A DNA stretch of 64,000 nucleotides from Candidatus Fermentibacteraceae bacterium (GTDB taxonomy: Bacteria > Fermentibacterota > Fermentibacteria > Fermentibacterales > JCC-6), in assembly GCA_041750285.1 (NCBI GenBank), contig JBGSZS010000007.1, positions 64,001 through 128,000 on the forward strand. The letters are read 5' to 3'. This document shows, piece by piece, positions 22,419 through 32,834 of this stretch. Positions within the stretch are counted from its first letter, which is position 1. Each line of letters starts with the position of its first letter. Made by a program: the position numbers and the translations under genes. The notes beneath the pieces were generated by a model that was not told the DNA's origin, ran no database searches, and saw only the letters and a list, made by a program, of their open reading frames with translations.

Positions 22419-25040
22419 ATGGACATCGCAGCCCTGTGTTCTTCGCTGGCATCCTCTGCCGATGCACGGGAGAGGGGCGGGCTGTTTGCGGAGAAGGTCT
22501 CTGAATTCCAGTCTCCACACGAGGTTTTTCAGTTCCTGTCAGATTCGGCCCTCGAAGCTCCCGTCCGCGCCCTGGCGTTCTACACTTCGGTCAATTCCAT
22601 GTCCTGGAGCGCGGGCATAAAGAACGTGTCCATTGCCCAGCTCCAGAACGGGCTCAGGTCAGAGCTTCCAAATCTCGTCAGGGCCTGGGGCCAGCTTGAA
22701 GGTCTTTCCCCCGAAGGCCGAAGCAATTTCCTTGCAAAGGTCTCCCTCGTCCTCGAAACCGCCACGCTGGTCTGGAACGACCTGCAGGAGGAGGGCCGGA
22801 CCGACCGGCTCCCCACGGGTGAGGCCATCCTTGAGATGACGTTCGCCTCGGGACCTCCCGAAGAGCCCGAGCTGGTCTTCGATGTCACGGCCTGGCCCAG
22901 CGCTTCCAGGAAGAAACTGGACGAAGTGCTCGAAGAGCTGGACTTCTCAAGGCAGGGCAAGGAGAGCTGGCACTTCAACTTCGACCCCGACACCATGGAA
23001 AGGCTTCACTCGGGGGCGAATCTGAAGGCTTACGTGCGGGGTTCCGAGGTCGCCCACAGTCCCCTTGCGCTGGCCAGACTGGCCCAGGGTCTCGCGGTCA
23101 AACTCAGCCTTCTCCTGCGGACGGTCGGCATGTACCCCCCCGACCATCCCGCAATCGAGCCCGCCCTGACCGACTTCCTGGAGAGGCTTGAAGCCCAGAG
23201 GGGCAACGAGGGGGGGCTGGTGGCCTTCACCCTTCTCGGTGGAAGGCTCATGGTCAACAACATCAAGATCAACAGGAAGGTCAAGGCGGTCGAGAACCTG
23301 CTCTCCCACTTCGAGGAGCGCAGGGTCAACAGCATCGCGTTTGACGTCGGCCTCACACCAGTCGAGCTTTTCGACTTCATGGAGATACTGAACAGAAAGG
23401 CCGGATACCTCAAGGAGAGGGGCGGCCTCGGTGAGATCTGCCGGAAAAAGGGTTTCCCCGCAATAAGCGTGGACGAGTTCAGGTACGCCCTGGTCTCACG
23501 GGACGGAGAGATGGTTGCCGAGACCGTCACCGGCCCGATTGACAGCGCCCTGGAGGACATTGTGTTCAGGGAGCTCATAGACAGGCTCCAGAAGGGCGAA
23601 ACGATCCGTGACATACCTGCTGAGCAGCTGGGTCAGGCGTTCCAGAAGATCCTCGACGAATCCGCCGGTGGTACAGGGAGGTACCGCTCGATGCTGGCTG
23701 ACTTCGTCGCATCACTTGACCCGACGATACTCGAGGACGGCATACTAACCAGCCGGGAGATACAAAGGTCGATCGCCTGGAGCGCCCTTCGCAAGATCAT
23801 CGACCGTTGCCTCGAAGACCTTGAGGCCCCCGGGGAGGAAAAGAGGCTCTCCGCCCTCGAGAAGCTGGCCGATCTGGTGGGAACAGGGGCGGAGCGGGGA
23901 AAGATCAACACTGTGCTTCAGGTATCCGAAACCGTGTCGGAATGGATGCTGAGGACCACGTTCCCCGACGGTCTGTACATGTCGGCGGTGCTTCTGGGCT
24001 CCATCTGCGAGCGGCTCATGGCCATGAACCGGCTGACCTCGGCCGCGGGTGTGGTGGAGCACCTCAGGAAGCTCAGAACAATGGTCCCCGGCACGCCCGC
24101 CCTGGCCAGCGCAGTGCGCAGGGGTCTCGCCGAAGCGCATCGAAGGATGGACTCACCCGACGCTGCAGAAATACTCGCCGATGCACTCATGAATTCGGAC
24201 ACGATCCCCAGGAACGCAGCGGAACGCATCGTGGCCGAGTTCTCGTTCCGGAACCTGGCGGGCAGACTAATGGACACATTCCTCGAAAGGCACCGTGAAC
24301 AGAGAGCCAGGGCTTACTCGGTACTGAAGCTCTACGGTATGGGCTTCAGGACCCAGATGCACGCCAGGATCGAAGAGATCCTCGCGGGCAGCGCCAACTT
24401 CAGGGACCAGGAGACAGGGCGGCTTCAAAATCCTGACTTCTACATGATGCGCAACATCGTGGGTCTTCTTGGCGACCTTGGCCACCGGGACAGCGGAGAC
24501 CTGCTTGAAAGGCTGTGTGACGATCCCGATGAAAGGGTTAGGAGGCTCTCACTCAGTGCCCTTTTCAGGGTGGACCGCGCAAGGGCCGGCGCTGCAACCC
24601 GGGAGATGATAGGCGACCCCTCCCGTGACGTGATCAAGGCGTCCCTCGAGGTGCTGGCGGGCATGGAAGAGCCCGACCGTGACCTGATCCCCACGGCATT
24701 GAGGCTCTGGCACACCCATGCCTCTGCAAGGCCCGTCATAATGAGCTTCTTCAGAAAGACATCCGACGACGAGAGGGTGCTCAGGCACATCCGCTCAGCC
24801 TTCAGCAATACGACGGGGTACCCCTTCGACAATGCCGATCTTGCTGAGGAAGGGCTTGTGCTACTGGTCCACAACGGCAGAACGGAAGACATCCAGGTGC
24901 TCAAGGATTACATCGGCAAGGTTTCCGGAGGGCTTCTGAAGAAGCAGAGCGTTTCGGATGAATTCATCGAAGCCGTCAGATCGGCAAGTTCGGCGATAAG
25001 GGAGTACGGCAGGCAGAACCAGGAGGGAGCTTCGCACTGA
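22419..25040 (+). CDS. Large alpha-helical HEAT-repeat protein
   Basis: HEAT-like 'MRNIVGLLGDLG...DPDERVR'; ATG 22419 chosen because the longer ORF runs over selC. Confidence 0.7.
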   Translation: MDIAALCSSLASSADARERGGLFAEKVSEFQSPHEVFQFLSDSALEAPVRALAFYTSVNSMSWSAGIKNVSIAQLQNGLRSELPNLVRAWGQLEGLSPEGRSNFLAKVSLVLETATLVWNDLQEEGRTDRLPTGEAILEMTFASGPPEEPELVFDVTAWPSASRKKLDEVLEELDFSRQGKESWHFNFDPDTMERLHSGANLKAYVRGSEVAHSPLALARLAQGLAVKLSLLLRTVGMYPPDHPAIEPALTDFLERLEAQRGNEGGLVAFTLLGGRLMVNNIKINRKVKAVENLLSHFEERRVNSIAFDVGLTPVELFDFMEILNRKAGYLKERGGLGEICRKKGFPAISVDEFRYALVSRDGEMVAETVTGPIDSALEDIVFRELIDRLQKGETIRDIPAEQLGQAFQKILDESAGGTGRYRSMLADFVASLDPTILEDGILTSREIQRSIAWSALRKIIDRCLEDLEAPGEEKRLSALEKLADLVGTGAERGKINTVLQVSETVSEWMLRTTFPDGLYMSAVLLGSICERLMAMNRLTSAAGVVEHLRKLRTMVPGTPALASAVRRGLAEAHRRMDSPDAAEILADALMNSDTIPRNAAERIVAEFSFRNLAGRLMDTFLERHREQRARAYSVLKLYGMGFRTQMHARIEEILAGSANFRDQETGRLQNPDFYMMRNIVGLLGDLGHRDSGDLLERLCDDPDERVRRLSLSALFRVDRARAGAATREMIGDPSRDVIKASLEVLAGMEEPDRDLIPTALRLWHTHASARPVIMSFFRKTSDDERVLRHIRSAFSNTTGYPFDNADLAEEGLVLLVHNGRTEDIQVLKDYIGKVSGGLLKKQSVSDEFIEAVRSASSAIREYGRQNQEGASH

Positions 25041-25057
25041 AGCGCATCCGCCCTTTG

Positions 25058-27604
25058 CTACTCCCACCATTTCACGAGACCCGGTTCGATGATCCTTCCG
25101 TAGACGGGATGTGACGGAAGCACCCTCACAGTGAAGCCGAACCTGCCGGAATCCCTGCAGGGAAGTTCTCCGACGTAAAGGGAATGCCCGTCACCGCCAC
25201 CGGACGGCGAGAGACGGGTTGTGCTTCGTTCGGTTATGAAACCGTCTCCTCCGGCATTCCCGTGCTGGATCTCGACGGCGAGGTCGTCGGGGGACAGACC
25301 TCCCGTGAACACCGACACGGTGACGGGTATGCAGTCTCCCACGGTGAAGGTGTCAGCCCCGGCGTCGGCCGTGACGTCTGTGATGAGTATGTCTTTCCAC
25401 ACCGATCTGACCTGGTTCTTCCATGCAGCCAGAGCCCTGCACCCCCGCGAGTCTTCCGCCGAGAGCGCTCTGGAGTGTGACAGCGCAGGCAGGTAGAACC
25501 CCTCGAGGTATTCCGTCAGCATCCTGTTCGTGTTGAATCTGGCAAGGACGCCTTTCATGGTTTTCTTCATCATTGCGGTCCAGGACCTGGGGATGCTGTC
25601 TGCGCCTGTGTTGTAGAAAGCCGGTATCACGCTGTTCTCTATAAGGTCGAAAAGGGTCTTGGCTTCCACCGCGTCCTGCTGGGCCGGGTCGTCATACAGC
25701 TCGCCCATGCCAATCGACCAGCCCGCGTCCCTTCTGTAGCCCTCGTGCCACCAGCCGTCAGGGATGCTGCAGTGCAGGACACCGTTCATGCAGGCCTTCA
25801 TTCCGCTTGTCCCGCTGGCTTCCATGTTCATCCCCGGTGTGTTCAGCCACACATCCACTCCCTGAACCATCGTTCGGGCCATGTTCATCGAGTAGTCGTC
25901 GAGGTAGACCATCCTGCCGTAGAACTCCCGTTTCATGCAGGTATGGAAGATCCTTCTGATGAGGTCCTTGCCTCCCTGGTCGTGAGGGTGGGCCTTCCCG
26001 CTGAAGATGATCTGGATGGGCCGTTCAGGGTCGGTCAGCAGGTCAAGGAGCCTCGGTTCATCCTGAAGCAGCAGCGCCGCGCGCTTGTAAGTGGCAAATC
26101 TACGGGCGAAGCCGATTGTGAGGACCTCGGGGTTGAGAACGGGTTTTTCAGCGAATGCGGGAAGGGTGAGCCCCATGCTCGCGAGCTGCCGTGTCCAGTG
26201 TTGCCGGGCATGGGCAACCATCCTTTCGCGAAGCCTCTCGTGGGCCCGCCAGATCTCCGAGTCGGGGATCCTGTCGATGTGGCGCCAGAACTTCTCACCA
26301 AGCGGGTTCCTGGCGCTGGTGTCTCCCACGTATCTGTCAAGGAGGCGCCGCATCTCCCCGCTGACCCATGAGTTCTCGTGAACTCCGTTCGTGACGTGAC
26401 CAATTGGGATGTCTTCGTGGGGAAGGTTTGGCCAGACGCCCTTCCAGATGTTACGGGATACCCTGCCGTGGAGTTCACTCACGCCGTTCGCCCCGTGTGA
26501 GAAGTTGAGGGCGAAGACCGTCATTGAGAAACTGGTGCCCTGCGGGTGCCTTCCCAACTCCAGAAAGTCCGCGTCCTTAATGCCGATGCTGTTCATGTAG
26601 GGTCTCATGTAGCGGAGTACGAGACCGGCTTCGAACTCCTCATTGCCGGCGGGGACGGGAGTGTGGGTCGTGAATACGTTGCCGGCCCTGACCGCCTCGA
26701 CTGCCTCGGCAAACACCAGCCCCCGTGAGATCTCCTCCGCGAGCATCTCCATCACCAGAAATGCCGAGTGGCCCTCGTTGATGTGCCGAACGGCCGGGTT
26801 CAGCCCCACGGCCCGAAGAGCCTTGATCCCGCCGATCCCAAGCAGGATCTCCTGGCGGATCCGCATCTCCTTGTCGCCGCCGTAGAGCTGGTCTGTGATC
26901 ATCCTGTCATCCGCCGGGTTCTCGGGGAGGTTCGTGTCGAGGAGAAGCAGCGATGCCTTTCCCACGGGAAGCCGCCATACGGCTGCGCTCACGGCGCGGT
27001 CGGCCATTGGAACCGAAATGACCACCGGCTCGCCGTTCGCATTCCTGACCCTTTCAACGGGCATGTTGGAATAATCGTTGACAGGGTAGCTCTCCTGCTG
27101 CCAGCCGTCGCTGTTCAGGTACTGGCTGAAGTAACCCAGCCTGTATAGAAGCGTTATCCCAACGAACGGGATGCCCAGGTCACTGGCGGACTTTATGGTG
27201 TCTCCAGCCAGAACTCCAAGACCGCCCGAGTAGATGGGCAGGCTCTCGTGAAGACCGAACTCGGCGGAGAAGTACGCCACCACATCGGAGCCCTGCAGAA
27301 CGCCTTCATGCGCCTTCTCGAACCAGGTCGACCTGGACATGTAGTTCTCGAGCTCGCTCTCGACCTCGTCCATCCTGGAGAGAAAAACCGTGTCTTCAGC
27401 CAGTTCGGCCATCCTTGACTGGCTTGCCCTGCCCAGAAGAAGTATCGGGTTGTGGCCGCACGACTCCCAGAGTTCCTGGTCAACGGAACGGAAAAGGCTT
27501 ACCGCATTGCGGTTCCATGTCCACCAGGCGTTCCCGGCTATCCTTCTCAGCGATTCGAGCCTTTCAGGCAGACGGGGCACCACCCTGAAAACCATTGACC
27601 TCAA
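25058..27604 (-). CDS. glgP: Alpha-glucan (glycogen/starch) phosphorylase
   Basis: YSGGLGVLAGD, NEGH, FARRFATYKR, EASGTSGMK; TTG 27604 after GGGAGG. Confidence 0.96.
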   Translation of the reverse strand: MRSMVFRVVPRLPERLESLRRIAGNAWWTWNRNAVSLFRSVDQELWESCGHNPILLLGRASQSRMAELAEDTVFLSRMDEVESELENYMSRSTWFEKAHEGVLQGSDVVAYFSAEFGLHESLPIYSGGLGVLAGDTIKSASDLGIPFVGITLLYRLGYFSQYLNSDGWQQESYPVNDYSNMPVERVRNANGEPVVISVPMADRAVSAAVWRLPVGKASLLLLDTNLPENPADDRMITDQLYGGDKEMRIRQEILLGIGGIKALRAVGLNPAVRHINEGHSAFLVMEMLAEEISRGLVFAEAVEAVRAGNVFTTHTPVPAGNEEFEAGLVLRYMRPYMNSIGIKDADFLELGRHPQGTSFSMTVFALNFSHGANGVSELHGRVSRNIWKGVWPNLPHEDIPIGHVTNGVHENSWVSGEMRRLLDRYVGDTSARNPLGEKFWRHIDRIPDSEIWRAHERLRERMVAHARQHWTRQLASMGLTLPAFAEKPVLNPEVLTIGFARRFATYKRAALLLQDEPRLLDLLTDPERPIQIIFSGKAHPHDQGGKDLIRRIFHTCMKREFYGRMVYLDDYSMNMARTMVQGVDVWLNTPGMNMEASGTSGMKACMNGVLHCSIPDGWWHEGYRRDAGWSIGMGELYDDPAQQDAVEAKTLFDLIENSVIPAFYNTGADSIPRSWTAMMKKTMKGVLARFNTNRMLTEYLEGFYLPALSHSRALSAEDSRGCRALAAWKNQVRSVWKDILITDVTADAGADTFTVGDCIPVTVSVFTGGLSPDDLAVEIQHGNAGGDGFITERSTTRLSPSGGGDGHSLYVGELPCRDSGRFGFTVRVLPSHPVYGRIIEPGLVKWWE

Positions 27605-27725
27605 GTGCGACCTCCCGCGTTGATTTCCCGAAAGGGTAAAAGTACTCCCGGTCAGGCTTCTGTCAACCTCGGTTGGAACAGCCCGGCGAAAGTGGAATAT
27701 TCCAGGTGAAGGAAGGAAAGGTGTG

Positions 27726-29687
27726 ATGGGTTTTCTGCTTCTTCTTCTCTGCGGCGCGTCACTCGTGCGAACAGTCAGCCCCGGTGATCCATGCGTTGCG
27801 TCATCCGGTGTTCCGGGGTATGCCACCGTTTCACTCGGGAACGCCAGGAGGGCTTCGCTTCCCGGCCATCCCCTCCTTCCGCTCGTACCCGTGATCATGG
27901 CGGTGTACGGTGAACCCGGCGATGTATCGGTGAGCCTTGACGGGTTCGTCTCGGTTCATCTTCCGCTTCCGGTCGAGCCCGCATTCAACCTCAGGCCGAT
28001 CGGCTCGGATCTCCCGCGGACGGTGATACCCGATCCTGCGATTTACCTCTCCGCCCTGGATTATCCCGCAAGCCCCCTTGCTGCAGTCAGCACCGGCAGG
28101 CTCATGGGGGTGACGCTGGTCACTGCCCTCGTCAGCCCCTGGAGGTACAACCCGCAGAACGGCACCCTCTTAATGGCCCGGCAAATCACGGCAACCCTCG
28201 AGTATTCTCCTGAGGCTTCAGGAAGGACCCTGTCCTCCCTTCAGGCCGAAGCGGCCCAGAGGCGTATCCTCGCCATCACCGGGACAGATCCGCCCCCCAT
28301 CCCCCCGGGAGGATCCGGTATCTGCGAGTATCTGATCATCACCGGAGACTCTTACCTGCCAGTCGTGCAGCCCCTGCTCGACCTCCAGGCAGCACGGGGC
28401 CTCACTGCAAAGGCCGTGGGAATGAGCCAGGTCGTCATGGGTTACGGGGGAGTGCGGGAGTGCGTCCGCTGGCATTACGAGAACGAGGGCACCCTTTTCG
28501 TGCTGCTGGCGGGTGATGCATCGATCGTTCCCGCTGAAGAGTTTCTGGTGGGTTGTGAGAACCTTTACGAATACGCTCCCACAGACCTTTACTACGCCTG
28601 CCTCGACGGTGACTGGGACGGCGACGGCGACGGCATTCCTGGCCAGCCCCAGGACGATCCCGACCTCTATCCCGAAGTCATTCTCGGCAGGGCTCTCTTC
28701 TCCAGCTGCACGGGTGCCCAGGCCTTCATCGACAAGACCGTAGCCTATAGCACCGCCCCTCCTTCGGGAGGCTGGGCATCGACCGCCGTCCTCAACGGGG
28801 GCAACCTGTTTCCCGACATCGGGTACACCGGCGCGAAGGGATGTGAGGAGATGGCCCGGTACTTCCCCGATGACTGGGAGATCGTAAGGTCGTACGAGTT
28901 CGGGATCGGTGACTACCCCGACACCTTCTTCGAGCCAATTGCCGCCGGCGCCGGCTGGAACAACCATGCGGGTCACGGGAATGACAGGGGCGTTTACTGG
29001 GCAACATTTGCCAGCCAGATAAAGGTGGCCGACCAGAACAGGCTCCAGAACGGTTTCAGGTCGGGAATACACACCAGCATAGCCTGTCATCCCGGCGATT
29101 TCACTCACCCCGGAACATGCCTTGCCAAGATGCTTCTGCACCACGAAGACGGCGGGGCGGTGGCTGTTGCGATGAACACCAGCTGGGGATGGGAGGGCTA
29201 CTGGCCCGAACTGGGCCCCAGCGAGGACATGTGCACCGACATGGTTCGACTGGTGTTCCAGGAGCATGTGCCGACCCTCGGCGAAGCCGTGACAACCGCC
29301 CGTGATATCCAGGTCCCCCTGACGTCCGGGGGCTATGACAGAACGTTCCAGTCCCTGCTGGTGTTCAGCGCGTTCATGGATCCGGCCCTTTCCGTTCTTC
29401 AGGTGACCACCCCCCCCCCTCCGCCTCCTCCGGTTCAGATCAGGGTCGGGCTTGCCGGGACCAATCCCGCAACAAATGGCCGGGTGCTGTTCGAAGTTGA
29501 TTTTATCGATGGTCCTGTTGAACTGAACGTGTTCGACATAGCAGGCAGGCTTGTGCACAGCGCCACTCTTCAGAACCCGGGCACGACTGAATGGAACTGT
29601 TCGGGCATGCCGGTCGGGCTGTACACGGCCGTTGCCCGAAGGGGCGGCTACGTGGGCAGGGCGAGGGTTACTGTCCTGAGGCCCTGA
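27726..29687 (+). CDS. C25 (gingipain-like) cysteine peptidase with propeptide and T9SS-type C-terminal domain
   Basis: 'LLAGD', 'TDLYY', 'GR', 'HAGHG', 'ACHPGDF'; poly-Pro linker; 'FDIAGR...GLY'. Confidence 0.85.
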   Translation: MGFLLLLLCGASLVRTVSPGDPCVASSGVPGYATVSLGNARRASLPGHPLLPLVPVIMAVYGEPGDVSVSLDGFVSVHLPLPVEPAFNLRPIGSDLPRTVIPDPAIYLSALDYPASPLAAVSTGRLMGVTLVTALVSPWRYNPQNGTLLMARQITATLEYSPEASGRTLSSLQAEAAQRRILAITGTDPPPIPPGGSGICEYLIITGDSYLPVVQPLLDLQAARGLTAKAVGMSQVVMGYGGVRECVRWHYENEGTLFVLLAGDASIVPAEEFLVGCENLYEYAPTDLYYACLDGDWDGDGDGIPGQPQDDPDLYPEVILGRALFSSCTGAQAFIDKTVAYSTAPPSGGWASTAVLNGGNLFPDIGYTGAKGCEEMARYFPDDWEIVRSYEFGIGDYPDTFFEPIAAGAGWNNHAGHGNDRGVYWATFASQIKVADQNRLQNGFRSGIHTSIACHPGDFTHPGTCLAKMLLHHEDGGAVAVAMNTSWGWEGYWPELGPSEDMCTDMVRLVFQEHVPTLGEAVTTARDIQVPLTSGGYDRTFQSLLVFSAFMDPALSVLQVTTPPPPPPPVQIRVGLAGTNPATNGRVLFEVDFIDGPVELNVFDIAGRLVHSATLQNPGTTEWNCSGMPVGLYTAVARRGGYVGRARVTVLRP

Positions 29688-29688
29688 T

Positions 29689-30168
29689 CTAGTCCCTGTT
29701 CCTCAGGAAGCGGGCCGGGTTGCCAGCCACGACCGCGCCCGCAGGAACATCCCTGGTGACAACCGCCCCGGCTCCGATCACGGCACCCTTCCCGATCCTG
29801 ACTGGAAGGATCGTGGAGTTAGATCCGATGCTCACGCCGTCTTCAACTATTGTCTTCTTCCACATGCCTGGGTCGGCCTGGGGAGGGTAGACATCGTTGA
29901 TGAACATCACGCCGTGGCCTATGAAGCAGTCGTTTCCAATGGTTACGAGCTCGCAGATGAAGCTGTGGCTCTGAACCCTGGTTCGGTCACCGATCACAAC
30001 ACCCTTCTGTATCTCGCAGAAGCAGCCCACCATGCAGTTACGGCCCAGCCGGCAGCCGTACATGTTCACGAAGTTCCAGACCTTGGTGCCTTCGCCAATC
30101 TCGCAGTCGTTGACTATCTGCAGGGGATTCTCGGTGGAATCCTCTTTCCTCTTGCCAAAGAAGGGCAT
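29689..30168 (-). CDS. Hexapeptide-repeat acetyltransferase (nucleotide-sugar N-acetyltransferase-like)
   Basis: IG/IE hexapeptide repeats, 'GAVVTRDVP...GNPAR'. Confidence 0.9.
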   Translation of the reverse strand: MPFFGKRKEDSTENPLQIVNDCEIGEGTKVWNFVNMYGCRLGRNCMVGCFCEIQKGVVIGDRTRVQSHSFICELVTIGNDCFIGHGVMFINDVYPPQADPGMWKKTIVEDGVSIGSNSTILPVRIGKGAVIGAGAVVTRDVPAGAVVAGNPARFLRNRD

Positions 30169-30242
30169 AGCGATCCCCTTTCAATTGAGTTTGAAGAGTA
30201 TGTTCGGTGGGAACATATTACACGGACACCCCGGGAGGAACA

Positions 30243-32039
30243 GTGCGGGAAAGAATTCGCAACTTCTGCATAATCGCCCATATCGATCACGGCAAGTCAA
30301 CGCTGGCGGACCGGCTCCTTCAGATGACCCACACGGTGAACGACAGGGAATTCCACGACCAGATGCTTGACTCCATGGACATCGAGAGGGAGCGCGGCAT
30401 CACCATAAAAAGCACCGCCGTCACGATGGACTACACCAGCAGGGCAGGTGATGCATACGTACTGAACCTTATCGACACTCCAGGCCACGTCGATTTCAGC
30501 TACGAGGTCTCAAGGGCCATGGCGAGCTGCGAGGGAGCACTCCTGGTGATCGACGCCGCACAGGGGGTCGAGGCGCAGACTGTCGCCAACCTCTTCAAGG
30601 CAATGGAGCACAACCTCACTATCATACCCGTCATCAACAAGATAGACCTTCCATCAGCCTCGATCGAGGAAACCCTCGACGAGGTCGAGAACGAACTCGG
30701 GCTCGACCCCGACGATGCTGTCATGGTCAGCGCCAAGACCGGCCAGAACGTGGCGGACCTTCTGGAAACGATCATAGAGAAGATCCCTCCCCCTTCAGGC
30801 GATTCCGGGGGAGTTCTCAGGGCCAGGGTGTTCGACTCCGTCTTCGATCCGTACCGGGGTGTGGTGGTTTACTTCAGGGTGGCGGAGGGAACCATTCAGG
30901 CCCGTGACGACATCAGGCTCATGGCGCCCGGGTCCGACTACCGGCTGGAAGAGATCGGTTACCTGAGGATAGGCAGGGAACCCAGGAAGAGCCTTGAAGC
31001 AGGCGAGGTGGGCTACCTCATCGCGGGCATCAAAAGCGTGGGCGAGGTCAGGAGCGGCGACACCGTTACAAGCGCCCTCAACCCCGCCACCGAATCCCTC
31101 CCCGGTTACGAGGAGGCGAAGCCGGTGGTGTTCAGTTCGATCTTTCCGGTGACCACCGAGGACTACGACGACCTTGCCTCGGCGATCGAGAGGCTCAAGC
31201 TCAACGACGCGAGCCTTACCTTCGAGAAGGTCAGCTCCACCGGCCTGGGGTTTGGTTTCAGGTGCGGCTTTCTCGGCCTTCTGCACCTCGAGGTGGTCCA
31301 GGAGAGGCTCGAGCGGGAGTTCGACCTCAGCCTTGTCCTCACGGCGCCAACCGTTCTTTGCAGGATAACCCTCAGCAACGGCTCGGTCATCTTCCTCGAC
31401 AACCCGCTGCTTTATCCCGACCCTTCCCAGATAGTGTTGACCGAAGAACCCTACATCAAGGCGTCCATAATCATGCCGGACAGGTACATCGGCCCTGTGA
31501 CCAACCTTCTTCTCGACCGCAGGGCCGAGAACTACGCCAACATGTACGTGGGCAGGCAGAGGGTCGAGATCAAGGCCGAGCTCCCGCTTTCAGAAGTGGT
31601 GTACGACTTCTACGACAAGCTCAAGTCCATCACCCAGGGGTACGGCTCTTTCGACTACGAACCCGGTGATTACAGGAAGAGCGACCTGGTGAAGGTCGAT
31701 ATCATGGTGAACCACGAGAGGGTCGACGCCCTCTCGATGCTGGTCCACAGGAACCGCGCCGGAAGCTGGGCCAGGAGCGCCTGCGAAAACCTGAAGGAAG
31801 AGATACCCAAACAGCAGTTCAAGATCCCCATCCAGGGGGCAATCGGCGGAACCATCATCGCCAGGACCACGATAAGCGCCCTCCGCAAGGATGTGACCGC
31901 CAAATGCTACGGCGGCGACATAACAAGGAAGAGAAAGCTGCTGGACAAGCAGAAGGAGGGCAAGAAGAGGATGAAGATGGTGGGCAAGGTCATGATCCCC
32001 CAGAAAGCCTTCCTCGCCGTTTTGAAGAGGGGAGACTGA
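30243..32039 (+). CDS. lepA: Elongation factor 4
   Basis: IRNFCIIAHIDHGKSTL, DTPGHVDF, KCYGGDITRKRKLL; GTG 30243 after GGGAGG. Confidence 0.98.
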   Translation: MRERIRNFCIIAHIDHGKSTLADRLLQMTHTVNDREFHDQMLDSMDIERERGITIKSTAVTMDYTSRAGDAYVLNLIDTPGHVDFSYEVSRAMASCEGALLVIDAAQGVEAQTVANLFKAMEHNLTIIPVINKIDLPSASIEETLDEVENELGLDPDDAVMVSAKTGQNVADLLETIIEKIPPPSGDSGGVLRARVFDSVFDPYRGVVVYFRVAEGTIQARDDIRLMAPGSDYRLEEIGYLRIGREPRKSLEAGEVGYLIAGIKSVGEVRSGDTVTSALNPATESLPGYEEAKPVVFSSIFPVTTEDYDDLASAIERLKLNDASLTFEKVSSTGLGFGFRCGFLGLLHLEVVQERLEREFDLSLVLTAPTVLCRITLSNGSVIFLDNPLLYPDPSQIVLTEEPYIKASIIMPDRYIGPVTNLLLDRRAENYANMYVGRQRVEIKAELPLSEVVYDFYDKLKSITQGYGSFDYEPGDYRKSDLVKVDIMVNHERVDALSMLVHRNRAGSWARSACENLKEEIPKQQFKIPIQGAIGGTIIARTTISALRKDVTAKCYGGDITRKRKLLDKQKEGKKRMKMVGKVMIPQKAFLAVLKRGD

Positions 32040-32040
32040 A

Positions 32041-32463
32041 GTGAGGGTCCTTTTCCTCTGCGGCGCCAACTCCTGCCGCAGCCAGATGGCAGAGGGCTGG
32101 GCAAGGCATCTGATCGAAGGTGAGCACGAGTTCCATTCCGCAGGGCTGAAGGCGACTGGTGTGAACCCTCTCGCCGTGAGGGCGATGATGGAAGCGGGAG
32201 TGGACATCTCAAGCCACGAAAGCAAGACCATTGATGACCTGCGGGGCGAGTTCCACATCGTGGTGACGGTCTGCGACGCCGTGAAGGAGACTTGCCCCTA
32301 CTTTCCCGCGACGGCAAGGAGTATCCACAAGGGTTTTCCCGACCCTCCCGCCATGGCCCGGGACCTTCCCGACGGGGATAGGATCATACCCTACCGGGAT
32401 GTTTGCGCCATGATCAGGCTGTTCGTCGACACCGAACTCCGGGAGCTTCTGAAACCGCAATGA
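32041..32463 (+). CDS. arsC: Arsenate reductase / LMW-PTP family
   Basis: C-G-A-N-S-C-R-S-Q-M-A-E P-loop; 'TVC...CP', DP. Confidence 0.88.
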   Translation: MRVLFLCGANSCRSQMAEGWARHLIEGEHEFHSAGLKATGVNPLAVRAMMEAGVDISSHESKTIDDLRGEFHIVVTVCDAVKETCPYFPATARSIHKGFPDPPAMARDLPDGDRIIPYRDVCAMIRLFVDTELRELLKPQ

Positions 32464-32834
32464 CAGGGTTCGAGTCAGTAATCACCTTCTGCCGTACAAA
32501 GGACATTGAGGAGACCCACCGTTTCTACAACGGGCTGCTTGAACTCCCGATGGTCCTCGACCAGGGCCGGTGCAGGATATACAGGGTATCTTCCGGCGGT
32601 TTCATCGGTTTCTGCGAGGGAACAGAGCCCGACCCCGAAAACACGGTCATGATCACACTGGTCACCGATGACGTGGACGGGTGGTTCGCGAGGATCACAT
32701 CGAAGGGTCACCCGGTGATCAAGGCGCCAGTCATGAACAGTGAGTTCAGGATATACCACTGCTTCGTGAAGGACCCTTCGGGCTACACCGTGGAGATCCA
32801 GCGGTTCGAGGACCCCCGGTGGAAGAGGGAATAG
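32460..32834 (+). CDS. VOC (glyoxalase-like) protein
   Basis: ATG overlapping arsC stop; 'FY...L', 'DPSGYTVE'. Confidence 0.85.
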   Translation: MTGFESVITFCRTKDIEETHRFYNGLLELPMVLDQGRCRIYRVSSGGFIGFCEGTEPDPENTVMITLVTDDVDGWFARITSKGHPVIKAPVMNSEFRIYHCFVKDPSGYTVEIQRFEDPRWKRE